NCBI GenBank assembly: GCA_964057225.1
Contig: OZ059897.1
Span: 15,128,001-15,192,000, forward strand
Reading direction: 5' to 3'
Length of the DNA stretch: 64,000 nt
From: Auanema rhodensis
Lineage: Eukaryota > Animalia > Nematoda
Shown: piece after piece, positions 36,901 through 45,800 of the stretch
Layout of the letters: each line of letters begins with the position of its first letter
Position numbering within the stretch: position 1 is the first letter of the stretch
Made by a program: the position numbers and the translations under genes
Notes under the pieces: model-generated
The model's input: the letters and a program-made list of their open reading frames with translations, nothing else
Databases searched by the model: none
What the model was told of the DNA's origin: nothing

Positions 36901-39173
36901 AACTGTTCTTCAATTATTTTGTTGTATCCTTCGAGTAATGTTGGTTGTTGGGATAGTTTTAGTACAAGACTGGTGAGTCTTTTGAGTGCTAAAACTTTGT
37001 TGTCGGGGAGTAGATGGGCGTTGTCTTTCCATGGGAATGATACGTAGTAACCATCTTCTTTCTGTTGGATTGTTTCCTTGAATTGATCCAGAATTAGTTT
37101 GTCTCTGGCGGTTTTTTCCTCAGCTTCTGTTCCGGTGAATTCGCTTTGTTCTTCTACAAAGCTTTTGTTCCATATTGGAATTGAAATGGATAAGTCTTCC
37201 GATATTACTGAGTGAACATTCAACGACTTCTGGTTTGTGGCTTGGCCGGTAATAAAGTCTCCGAACTGGGTGTGTACTACCATGTGTTCCTTGGATAATG
37301 GTTCGACTGAGATTAAGGCTTGCCACATGAGGTCGGATCCTATGAGGATTCTTGGAGTTATCTTCATATTTTTGTTCAGCTTGTAGCACGTGTTGGTCGG
37401 TTTAGAGAATCGGACGGTAGAAATAGGTCCTGTTAGGACTTTCTTAGTCCAAAGTTGTGCGAGGATGTTGGAATTGTGTCCTTTGAACATTGTTTCCACT
37501 TTGTTGAGTCTTTCGATTGATGCTGTGTTACCAAATGTTTTGATTTTGACTCTCTTGGATTCCACTATTGGGAGTTCCAGTTCCTTAGATAGGTCCTCGT
37601 CGATAAATGAAGTGTCTGATCCACAGTCTAGTAGGGCTGGGATTGATATGGTCCTGTCCTTATGAAGGATCTCTATTTGTCCAATAGGTAACAATGCGCT
37701 GTGGTATTGGTTAGTTTTCGTCTGAGTTGAAAACTGTATAACGTGTTCCTCTTCGTCCTCGTCTTCCATGGGGAAGCTGTTCGTTAAGTTGACTTTTGTC
37801 GTTTTCTTTTTGAAGCAGAGAAGGTCAATATGTTTTCCTCCACAGTTCGAACATAAGCGCTTGCTTGGGCATGCTTCTGTTGCGTGAGATTTTCTGAGAC
37901 AGTTTATGCATCTTTTGTCCTGATTTAGTATGGTCAGTCTCTCTTTCCTTGTCTTTGGAGTGTCACAGGTCCATGGGGCGTGTGGTTTTTGACAAAATAT
38001 GCAGCTGTTCGAGGTTTGCTTACCGGAAGGTTTTTTGTTATCCGGTTTTGGACGGTTATTGGTGACAAAGTTTTGTCTGTTGTAGGGTTGATGCATGGTT
38101 CTTGGAACCGGTTTCGTCTGCAGGTCCGATGAAATGTTTTTAACCTCTTGTTCATGTTGGAGGTATTTTTCGGTATTGTCCACTAGTTGTCTCCAGTTCA
38201 TGTTTGAGTTGGATCCTGAGCGATAGACTTCTTGCAGGATGTGTCCAGGCAGTTTTTGTTGAATAAGGACGATGGCAAGTGCATTCAGGGCAGCTTCATT
38301 GTTCCTTTCAGTTTGTCTTGCTATCCCATTAATTTTTCTCATAAGGAGCAATAAGTCCTTGTTGCTCGGAGATTGCGCTTTCAGTTGTATGAAATCGAGC
38401 ATGAGATATCGGAGAATTTTGTCTTCGTGATCGTAGACACTTCTCAGGTAGCTTACCGCTGGGTGGTACGACTCTTCATCAGTTGAAAATGAGGAAATCA
38501 ATGAGGCCGCTTCACCCGTGAGTGATTGGCGAAGGTAATTGAACTTCTCAATGTCCTGTATGTTGGCGGTATGGATAAGCCGGTTGAAAAGTGTCCAGAA
38601 ATTGGTCCAGTTCTTGATGTTACCATCAAACTTTGGAATGTCAACTGGTTTCACTGTCTGGCGATAGCGGTAATTATCTTGGACTATCATAGGATGTCCT
38701 TGATTGATGTTGGTGTCCTGGTTCGAGGGAAATCCTCCAATTGACTCTTCAAGTTGTGGAGTTTGTAGACGAGGAATTGTTCCTCTCAGGTCCTGATCTT
38801 GTCTCGAGTTGCGAAGAAACTCGATTTGTCCTTCGATATGGATTTTGTAGTCCGTGAGAGATTTGATGTGTCTTCTGAGAGTACACTCGTTGGCGGTTAG
38901 GCGTTCTTGATCCTCTGCCGTTAGGTTGTCCGTTATGTTTCTCATTTCCTCGATCAAGTTTTGGATTGCTTCGGTGTCCTCTTGGATAGATCTTATTTCC
39001 GTGAGACGAATTTCAATCATATTGGAGGCACGGTTAGAATGATAGTTAACCGTTCGGTTGACGAACGATTTCCTTTTGTTGTCCGATTCGCGAATCTTTT
39101 CCAATAGTTGGTAGCATTTTCCAATCCACGCTTCGGCGCGGGCTGCTTCACTAGGCTCGGCCTGATGCACCAT
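30951..39173 (-). CDS. 2740-aa Gag-Pol-Env polyprotein
   Basis: Gag PKFDG...WTNFW; three Cys/His knuckles (CIFC..H....C, CINC...H....C, CSNC...H....C); protease LLDCGS (~37625); RT YVDN (36413-36402); RNase H TDSS/TDSE/NPADLATRG; integrase HHCC, DYFGP, CDNATTF, YERL; Gn-like and Gc-like envelope with CGGIGCGCF (~32884-32909). Confidence 0.96.
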   Translation of the reverse strand: MVHQAEPSEAARAEAWIGKCYQLLEKIRESDNKRKSFVNRTVNYHSNRASNMIEIRLTEIRSIQEDTEAIQNLIEEMRNITDNLTAEDQERLTANECTLRRHIKSLTDYKIHIEGQIEFLRNSRQDQDLRGTIPRLQTPQLEESIGGFPSNQDTNINQGHPMIVQDNYRYRQTVKPVDIPKFDGNIKNWTNFWTLFNRLIHTANIQDIEKFNYLRQSLTGEAASLISSFSTDEESYHPAVSYLRSVYDHEDKILRYLMLDFIQLKAQSPSNKDLLLLMRKINGIARQTERNNEAALNALAIVLIQQKLPGHILQEVYRSGSNSNMNWRQLVDNTEKYLQHEQEVKNISSDLQTKPVPRTMHQPYNRQNFVTNNRPKPDNKKPSGKQTSNSCIFCQKPHAPWTCDTPKTRKERLTILNQDKRCINCLRKSHATEACPSKRLCSNCGGKHIDLLCFKKKTTKVNLTNSFPMEDEDEEEHVIQFSTQTKTNQYHSALLPIGQIEILHKDRTISIPALLDCGSDTSFIDEDLSKELELPIVESKRVKIKTFGNTASIERLNKVETMFKGHNSNILAQLWTKKVLTGPISTVRFSKPTNTCYKLNKNMKITPRILIGSDLMWQALISVEPLSKEHMVVHTQFGDFITGQATNQKSLNVHSVISEDLSISIPIWNKSFVEEQSEFTGTEAEEKTARDKLILDQFKETIQQKEDGYYVSFPWKDNAHLLPDNKVLALKRLTSLVLKLSQQPTLLEGYNKIIEEQLDLGIIEEAKDPYPNAYRIHYIAHQAVVTPQKETTKIRIVYDASGHYQNKPSLNDVIHQGPLILPSLIGMILRFRCGNTAMIADVQKAFLQIRLHESERDATRFFWLRDIHQPLSTDNTRTLRFCRVPFGINASPFLLGATIQHHLQKKSSESLLAHKIKDNLYVDNLLLASDSADQVRMWYSETKDIFQEMNMKLQEFISNDQIFNSNLTPEERNASTTPKILGLPWDTLSDQWIIQAQIPETKLTKRGVTQAIASIFDPMGMICPSLHPLRIFLQNLWTESFDWDTILPMEIQTRWKQLCENFHINIRIPRPLPSDTNGQYHLVTCTDSSGNALGFCCYLIAASTRQLALIFAKSKLHSKNSTITIPKAEISALTIGVFNTLKIVKEIQDNIKILTATFLTDSEITLAWIRKKPEQKTTGVLVQNRIKEIFNLTEELENLDIKTSFGYIHTKDNPADLATRGCSTSELENHFWWNPKAQIEKALNGPLFSLCEDELRINTTNVETTDEEPWLSDCSSWIEAQQKWISANYPLTTTHTPAMYEEAELNLLHLHQNNLMVRLSAAQRNDLRPLLRHHLWHSRGRMQNAELEESAKLPIIVLPKTKTARLLIEHFHGQYHKSTAHTMAEVRQKYWIPQLRSQTQLVIRKCPECQKLNNRPFTYPPSGDLPSRRTRKSRPFQHIGLDYFGPIATRDRNQKAWGCIYTCTVTRLIHLEVIEDLTTKSFLNCLRKIWARRGSPESITCDNATTFELGQKISNKLISTAKNNSSDNQHRIKWHNITPYAPWQGGFYERLIRSVKNALHSTLSNIPSMDDLSIILAECEATINTRPLTYIGSDTSMDEIIRPCDFIHKDMDLNIFIDSEDEDTEYIDNPALQTQADTELALHSSRKRTNKFWELWTELYLKELREYHHNTISLKKAGTNTKPTIGQIVLINDSPIPRYKWPTGRITNIHPDSAGNIREVTLLSETGRELKRPVNLLHPMEIPTEKIPQPLRTLEKQNTTVAQRELNPRNLQRKWYGDTNSLFTLLTLFATLLPTATAIPSISCHSKGVLVQGIFTDNQQVCSHNTCYNSSKGGAITLPVEDILADYQITWTFYHNSQVQHMTLHCPAVHFCSTVSCTFCSATLFNPSCWPWTSILILSFITYMLTAIGYGLLYSPWVIGKPIRLWTYFIYVIIIMIAKRLFAFVNKKPHKKTLIPLITVLLLQQALGCQELSMSSSQESSCTKEACKIRTGHTLTISPYTQEACLTFTNNQNKISFLRIQWIKTTYLCEIRSLFHTRATSTHVQSSKRCPRTGSCQENKCTLIQPDSMIQELEIANQFPGQTHCTESCGGIGCGCFYPSSGCLFYRTYMKPIDKSIYEVFSCNEWIPSTQLRITYQNGSSTTSHIITLHSDIPTNLHPFKFSVISLTPPVIPSMQGQFVRNLTKVAIWDLQPTLTCTSRERAKDMDCNANPHCECTPAEDVANCHCRNQNIQSTFGSVQTTLPIFTPAYSIEPSQRSIEINIYRNMMAEIHASIDGIFNTTSSHEDSTCHINDSMVRGCYNCQSGAQANIICTSTTKTLAATNCGDSAFMLKCSPKGTANNIRLPISSATPRIECAYSCGHDTQNFSLTGILYYISNIQDLQRHYIESNHSSLHESAITFPWPDLSHFYDIYIEWYKELLICLLFILIALTISYQIFCEYGARWAFSITRIMFRLLFLILWSPIALFIFLARQLFLLHRRKTHILLVFILATMSIPTANCSNIQGVIDRSDQRCQRYIRLPLEKRVECLKELTRTMDTTLKLLFSLEECKDTPAGKITDVAANSLIAYIKLKDFLSTAKTSYVFNREKDRLKIFGNERRLTDLIRNIQKEHLSTISLKNMPYELTKTQQKAETAPHNKSTIVVVEAMPELKTIDLTTRNIGEDLTTLTRTMMRARNEDNSTDILNELRQIKDLLKQLVTKPLTVTKDTQTPPLRTRQKRTATDQPPPPKDKAISYQDLF
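39155..39172 (-). promoter_or_regulatory. Primer-binding site, tRNA-Gly type
   Basis: TGGTGCATCAGGCCG directly follows the LTR CA; TGGTGCATC is complementary to the ...GATGCACCA 3' end of tRNA-Gly(GCC) as recalled. Confidence 0.8.
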
Positions 39174-39176
39174 GTT

Positions 39177-39233
<57 letters not shown>

Positions 39234-39689
39234 ATAAAGAAGTTTATTCAGCCAAGGATAAATTAAAATACAAGAACGATAGGAATAGGAGGAAGGCAGC
39301 ACGACTGGTTGATACTTTAACACATGAAGAAACGATAAATTGGCTCGGCTTATATACTAACCCGAGGAGGCAAGATACTATGGAGCGGAAGGAGGTAAAA
39401 AGAAGCAGAGAGATGTTTGGGGGGCGGGTTCAGATTATGAATACCCGAGATGTTGTGAGTGGGAAGGTTAAAGCTGGAGGAGGATGATTCAAGCCTTATC
39501 CTGGGCAACATCTTCCCAGAAACCGTGGGATGGCCAAAGGCGCTTGAGTCATCACCGTTTTAGCCCCCGATTGCAACTTACGCGAATATTGATTTAAGCT
39601 TGGATAAAGGAACAATAAAGAAAATGAATAACTAAACATGGCTGTAAAGTAATAAGGAAGGGCAGAGCGAAGAAGAGTGCGTTCGCACA
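39173..39689 (-). repeat. 5' LTR (517 bp; U5 largely replaced by A52)
   Basis: 460 bp shared with the 3' LTR, then a T run at 39178-39229 on the + strand, then the terminal CAACA on the element strand. Confidence 0.93.
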
Positions 39690-39831
39690 CTCGAAGAGTT
39701 ACAACAAGACATCAGTTCTTTAACCTTCTCACATCACTCTGCATGCTGCTACCGGCTTTGTCAGGCTAAATTAGGCTGAATGGTAGCGTATACATCGAGC
39801 AAACTCGAGAATCACTGGTTACACAGTAACT

Positions 39832-42800
39832 AACCTCAAACTATTTTTAATTGATTTTAGTAAATGATTTTTGAGAAAATCGTTCATTCACCGGGCACAA
39901 CGTGACTACAGCCTGAACTTTTTTGTGAACAAATCTTGTGGATGGTCTCGGTATAAACCCCTTTTCCGGAAAAGGCAGAAGTCTTAGCCAAATCTCACTA
40001 GGAATTTCAGATTCTACACATCTGAATACCCAACCTCAAACTATTTTTATTAGATTTTAGTAAATGATTTTTGAGAAAAGCGTTCATTCACGGGGCACAA
40101 CGTGACTACAGCCGGAACTTTTTTGTGAACAAATCTTGTGGATGGTCTCGGTATAAACCCCTTTTCCGGAAAAGGCAGAAGTCTTAGCCAAATCTCACTA
40201 GGAATTTCAGATTCTACACATCTGAATACTCAACGTCAAACTATTTTTAATTGATTTTAGTAAATGATTTTTGAGAAAATCGTTCATTCACCGGGCACAA
40301 CGTGACTACAGCCTGAACTTTTTTGTGAACAAATCTTGTGGATGGTCTCGGTATAAACCCCTTTTCCGGAAAAGGCAGAAGTCTTAGCCAAATCTCACTA
40401 GGAATTTCAGATTCTACACATCTGAATACCCAACCTCAAACTATTTTTATTAGATTTTAGTAAATGATTTTTGAGAAAAGCGTTCATTCACGGGGCACAA
40501 CGTGACTACAGCCGGAACTTTTTTGTGAACAAATCTTGTGGATGGTCTCGGTATAAACCCCTTTTCCGGAAAAGGCAGAAGTCTTAGCCAAATCTCACTA
40601 GGAATTTCAGATTCTACACATCTGAATACTCAACGTCAAACTATTTTTATTTGATTTTAGTAAATGATTTTTGAGAAAATCGTTCATTCACGGGGCACAA
40701 CGTGACTACAGCCTGAACTTTTTTGTGAACAAATCTTGTGGATGGTCTCGGTATAAACCCCTTTTCCGGAAAAGGCAGAAGTCTTAGCCAAATCTCACTA
40801 GGAATTTCAGATTCTACACATCTGAATACCCAACCTCAAACTATTTTTATTAGATTTTAGTAAATGATTTTTGAGAAAAGCGTTCATTCACGGGGCACAA
40901 CGTGACTACAGCCTGAACTTTTTTGTGAACAAATCTTGTGGATGGTCTCGGTATAAACCCCTTTTCCGGAAAAGGCAGAAGTCTTAGCCAAATCTCACTA
41001 GGAATTTCAGATTCTACACATCTGAATACCCAACCTCAAACTATTTTTATTTGATTTTAGTAAATGATTTTTGAGAAAAGCGTTCATTCACGGGGCACAA
41101 CGTGACTACAGCCTGAACTTTTTTGTGAACAAATCTTGTGGATGGTCTCGGTATAAACCCCTTTTCCGGAAAAGGCAGAAGTCTTAGCCAAATCTCACTA
41201 GGAATTTCAGATTCTACACATCTGAATACCCAACCTCAAACTATTTTTATTAGATTTTAGTAAATGATTTTTGAGAAAAGCGTTCATTCACGGGGCACAA
41301 CGTGACTACAGCCTGAACTTTTTTGTGAACAAATCTTGTGGATGGTCTTGGTATAAACCCCTTTTCCGGAAAAGGCAGAAGTCTTAGCCAAATCTCACTA
41401 GGAATTTCAGATTCTACACATCTGAATACCCAACCTCAAACTATTTTTATTAGATTTTAGTAAATGATTTTTGAGAAAAGCGTTCATTCACCGGGCACAA
41501 CGTGACTACAGCCTGAACTTTTTTGTGAACAAATCTTGTGGATGGTCTTGGTATAAACCCCTTTTCCGGAAAAGGCAGAAGTCTTAGCCAAATCTCACTA
41601 GGAATTTCAGATTCTACACATCTGAATACCCAACCTCAAACTATTTTTATTAGATTTTAGTAAATGATTTTTGAGAAAAGCGTTCATTCACGGGGCACAA
41701 CGTGACTACAGCCTGAACTTTTTTGTGAACAAATCTTGTGGATGGTCTCGGTATAAACCCCTTTTCCGGAAAAGGCAGAAGTCTTAGCCAAATCTCACTA
41801 GGAATTTCAGATTCTACACATCTGAATACCCAACCTCAAACTATTTTTATTAGATTTTAGTAAATGATTTTTGAGAAAAGCGTTCATTCACCGGGCACAA
41901 CGTGACTACAGCCTGAACTTTTTTGTGAACAAATCTTGTGGATGGTCTTGGTATAAACCCCTTTTCCGGAAAAGGCAGAAGTCTTAGCCAAATCTCACTA
42001 GGAATTTCAGATTCTACACATCTGAATACTCAACCTCAAACTATTTTTAATTGATTTTAGTAAATGATTTTTGAGAAAAGCGTTTATTCACGGGGCACAA
42101 CGTGACTACAGCCTGAACTTTTTTGTGAACAAATCTTGTGGATGGTCTCGGTATAAACCCCTTTTCCGGAAAAGGCAGAAGTCTTAGCCAAATCTCACTA
42201 GGAATTTCAGATTCTACACATCTGAATACTCAACCTCAAACTATTTTTATTAGATTTTAGTAAATGATTTTTGAGAAAAGCGTTCATTCACGGGGCACAA
42301 CGTGACTACAGCCTGAACTTTTTTGTGAACAAATCTTGTGGATGGTCTCGGTATAAACCCCTTTTCCGGAAAAGGCAGAAGTCTTAGCCAAATCTCACTA
42401 GGAATTTCAGATTCTACACATCTGAATACTCAACCTCAAACTATTTTTATTAGATTTTAGTAAATGATTTTTGAGAAAAGCGTTTATTCACGGGGCACAA
42501 CGTGACTACAGCCTGAACTTTTTTGTGAACAAATCTTGTGGATGGTCTCGGTATAAACCCCTTTTCCGGGAAAGGCAGAAGTCTTAGCCAAATCTCACTA
42601 GGAATTTCAGATTCTACACATCTGAATACTCAACCTCAAACTATTTTTATTAGATTTTAGTAAATGATTTTTGAGAAAAGCGTTCATTCACGGGGCACAA
42701 CGTGACTACAGCCTGAACTTTTTTGTGAACAAATCTTGTGGATGGTCTCGGTATAAACCCCTTTTCCGGAAAAGGCAGAAGTCTTAGCCAAATCTCACTA

Positions 42801-45800
42801 GGAATTTCAGATTCTACACATCTGAATACCCAACCTCAAACTATTTTTATTAGATTTTAGTAAATGATTTTTGAGAAAATCGTTCATTCACCGGGCACAA
42901 CGTGACTACAGCCTGAACTTTTTTGTGAACAAATCTTGTGGATGGTCTCGGTATAAACCCCTTTTCCGGAAAAGGCAGAAGTCTTAGCCAAATCTCACTA
43001 GGAATTTCAGATTCTACACATCTGAATACCCAACCTCAAACTATTTTTATTAGATTTTAGTAAATGATTTTTGAGAAAAGCGTTCATTCACGGGGCACAA
43101 CGTGACTACAGCCTGAACTTTTTTGTGAACAAATCTTGTGGATGGTCTCGGTATAAACCCCTTTTCCGGAAAAGGCAGAAGTCTTAGCCAAATCTCACTA
43201 GGAATTTCAGATTCTACACATCTGAATACCCAACCTCAAACTATTTTTATTAGATTTTAGTAAATGATTTTTGAGAAAATCGTTCATTCACGGGGCACAA
43301 CGTGACTACAGCCTGAACTTTTTTGTGAACAAATCTTGTGGATGGTCTCGGTATAAACCCCTTTTCCGGAAAAGGCAGAAGTCTTAGCCAAATCTCACTA
43401 GGAATTTCAGATTCTACACATCTGAATACCCAACCTCAAACTATTTTTATTAGATTTTAGTAAATGATTTTTGAGAAAAGCGTTCATTCACGGGGCACAA
43501 CGTGACTACAGCCTGAACTTTTTTGTGAACAAATCTTGTGGATGGTCTCGGTATAAACCCCTTTTCCGGAAAAGGCAGAAGTCTTAGCCAAATCTCACTA
43601 GGAATTTCAGATTCTACACATCTGAATACCCAACCTCAAACTATTTTTATTAGATTTTAGTGAATGATTTTTGAGAAAAGCGTTCATTCACGGGGCACAA
43701 CGTGACTACAGCCTGAACTTTTTTGTGAACAAATCTTGTGGATGGTCTCGGTATAAATCCCTTTTCCGGAAAAGGCAGAAGTCTTAGCCAAATCTCACTA
43801 GGAATTTCAGATTCTACACATCTGAATACCCAACCTCAAACTATTTTTATTAGATTTTAGTAAATGATTTTTGAGAAAATCGTTCATTCACCGGGCACAA
43901 CGTGACTACAGCCTGAACTTTTTTGTGAACAAATCTTGTGGATGGTCTCGGTATAAACCCCTTTTCCGGAAAAGGCAGAAGTCTTAGCCAAATCTCACTA
44001 GGAATTTCAGATTCTACACATCTGAATACCCAACCTCAAACTATTTTTATTAGATTTTAGTGAATGATTTTTGAGAAAAGCGTTCATTCACGGGGCACAA
44101 CGTGACTACAGCCTGAACTTTTTTGTGAACAAATCTTGTGGATGGTCTCGGTATAAACCCCTTTTCCGGAAAAGGCAGAAGTCTTAGCCAAATCTCACTA
44201 GGAATTTCAGATTCTACACATCTGAATACCCAACCTCAAACTATTTTTATTAGATTTTAGTGAATGATTTTTGAGAAAAGCGTTCATTCACGGGGCACAA
44301 CGTGACTACAGCCTGAACTTTTTTGTGAACAAATCTTGTGGATGGTCTCGGTATAAACCCCTTTTCCGGAAAAGGCAGAAGTCTTAGCCAAATCTCACTA
44401 GGAATTTCAGATTCTACACATCTGAATACCCAACCTCAAACTATTTTTATTAGTTTTTAGTAAATGATTTTTGAGAAAATCGTTCATTCACCGGGCACAA
44501 CGTGACTACAGCCTGAACTTTTTTGTGAACAAATCTTGTGGATGGTCTCGGTATAAACCCCTTTTCCGGAAAAGGCAGAAGTCTTAGCCAAATCTCACTA
44601 GGAATTTCAGATTCTACACATCTGAATACTCAACCTCAAACTATTTTTATTTGATTTTAGTAAATGATTTTTGAGAAAATCGTTCATTCACCGGGCACAA
44701 CGTGACTACAGCCTGAACTTTTTTGTGAACAAATCTTGTGGATGGTCTCGGTATAAACCCCTTTTCCGGAAAAGGCAGAAGTCTTAGCCAAATCTCACTA
44801 GGAATTTCAGATTCTACACATCTGAATACCCAACCTCAAACTATTTTTATTAGATTTTAGTAAATGATTTTTGAGAAAAGCGTTCATTCACCGGGCACAA
44901 CGTGACTACAGCCTGAACTTTTTTGTGAACAAATCTTGTGGATGGTCTTGGTATAAACCCCTTTTCCGGAAAAGGCAGAAGTCTTAGCCAAATCTCACTA
45001 GGAATTTCAGATTCTACACATCTGAATACTCAACCTCAAACTATTTTTAATTGATTTTAGTAAATGATTTTTGAGAAAAGCGTTTATTCACGGGGCACAA
45101 CGTGACTACAGCCTGAACTTTTTTGTGAACAAATCTTGTGGATGGTCTCGGTATAAACCCCTTTTCCGGAAAAGGCAGAAGTCTTAGCCAAATCTCACTA
45201 GGAATTTCAGATTCTACACATCTGAATACTCAACCTCAAACTATTTTTATTAGATTTTAGTAAATGATTTTTGAGAAAAGCGTTCATTCACGGGGCACAA
45301 CGTGACTACAGCCTGAACTTTTTTGTGAACAAATCTTGTGGATGGTCTCGGTATAAACCCCTTTTCCGGAAAAGGCAGAAGTCTTAGCCAAATCTCACTA
45401 GGAATTTCAGATTCTACACATCTGAATACTCAACCTCAAACTATTTTTATTAGATTTTAGTAAATGATTTTTGAGAAAAGCGTTTATTCACGGGGCACAA
45501 CGTGACTACAGCCTGAACTTTTTTGTGAACAAATCTTGTGGATGGTCTCGGTATAAACCCCTTTTCCGGGAAAGGCAGAAGTCTTAGCCAAATCTCACTA
45601 GGAATTTCAGATTCTACACATCTGAATACTCAACCTCAAACTATTTTTATTAGATTTTAGTAAATGATTTTTGAGAAAAGCGTTCATTCACGGGGCACAA
45701 CGTGACTACAGCCTGAACTTTTTTGTGAACAAATCTTGTGGATGGTCTCGGTATAAACCCCTTTTCCGGAAAAGGCAGAAGTCTTAGCCAAATCTCACTA

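Larger units (their letters stand above)
30385..39689 (-). mobile_element. Full-length BEL/Pao (Belpaoviridae) LTR retroelement / endogenous retrovirus with envelope gene
   Basis: TG...CA termini; 5-bp TSD CTCGA at 30380-30384 and 39690-39694; two LTRs; PBS; G-rich PPT-like tract; BEL/Pao domain order Gag-PR-RT-RH-IN-Env. Confidence 0.97.

Noticed and set aside
39178-39229. Independent LINE/SINE-type poly(A) insertion into the LTR
   Set aside because: No TSD or element body; the tract replaces 79 nt rather than adding to them, and begins at the LTR's own expected poly(A) site.
30384-39690. Short ORFs within the LTRs and antisense or alternate-frame ORFs in the polyprotein
   Set aside because: No recognisable motifs; they are expected by-products of a long, higher-GC ORF and duplicated LTRs.
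30257-39705. MITE defined by the 15-bp inverted repeat
   Set aside because: No target-site duplication flanks the repeats; not excluded, but unsupported.
39760-39780. Telomerase RNA template (AGCCTAA on the - strand)
   Set aside because: Only 7 nt of telomere complement, sequestered in a hairpin; no pseudoknot or clear H/ACA domain seen.
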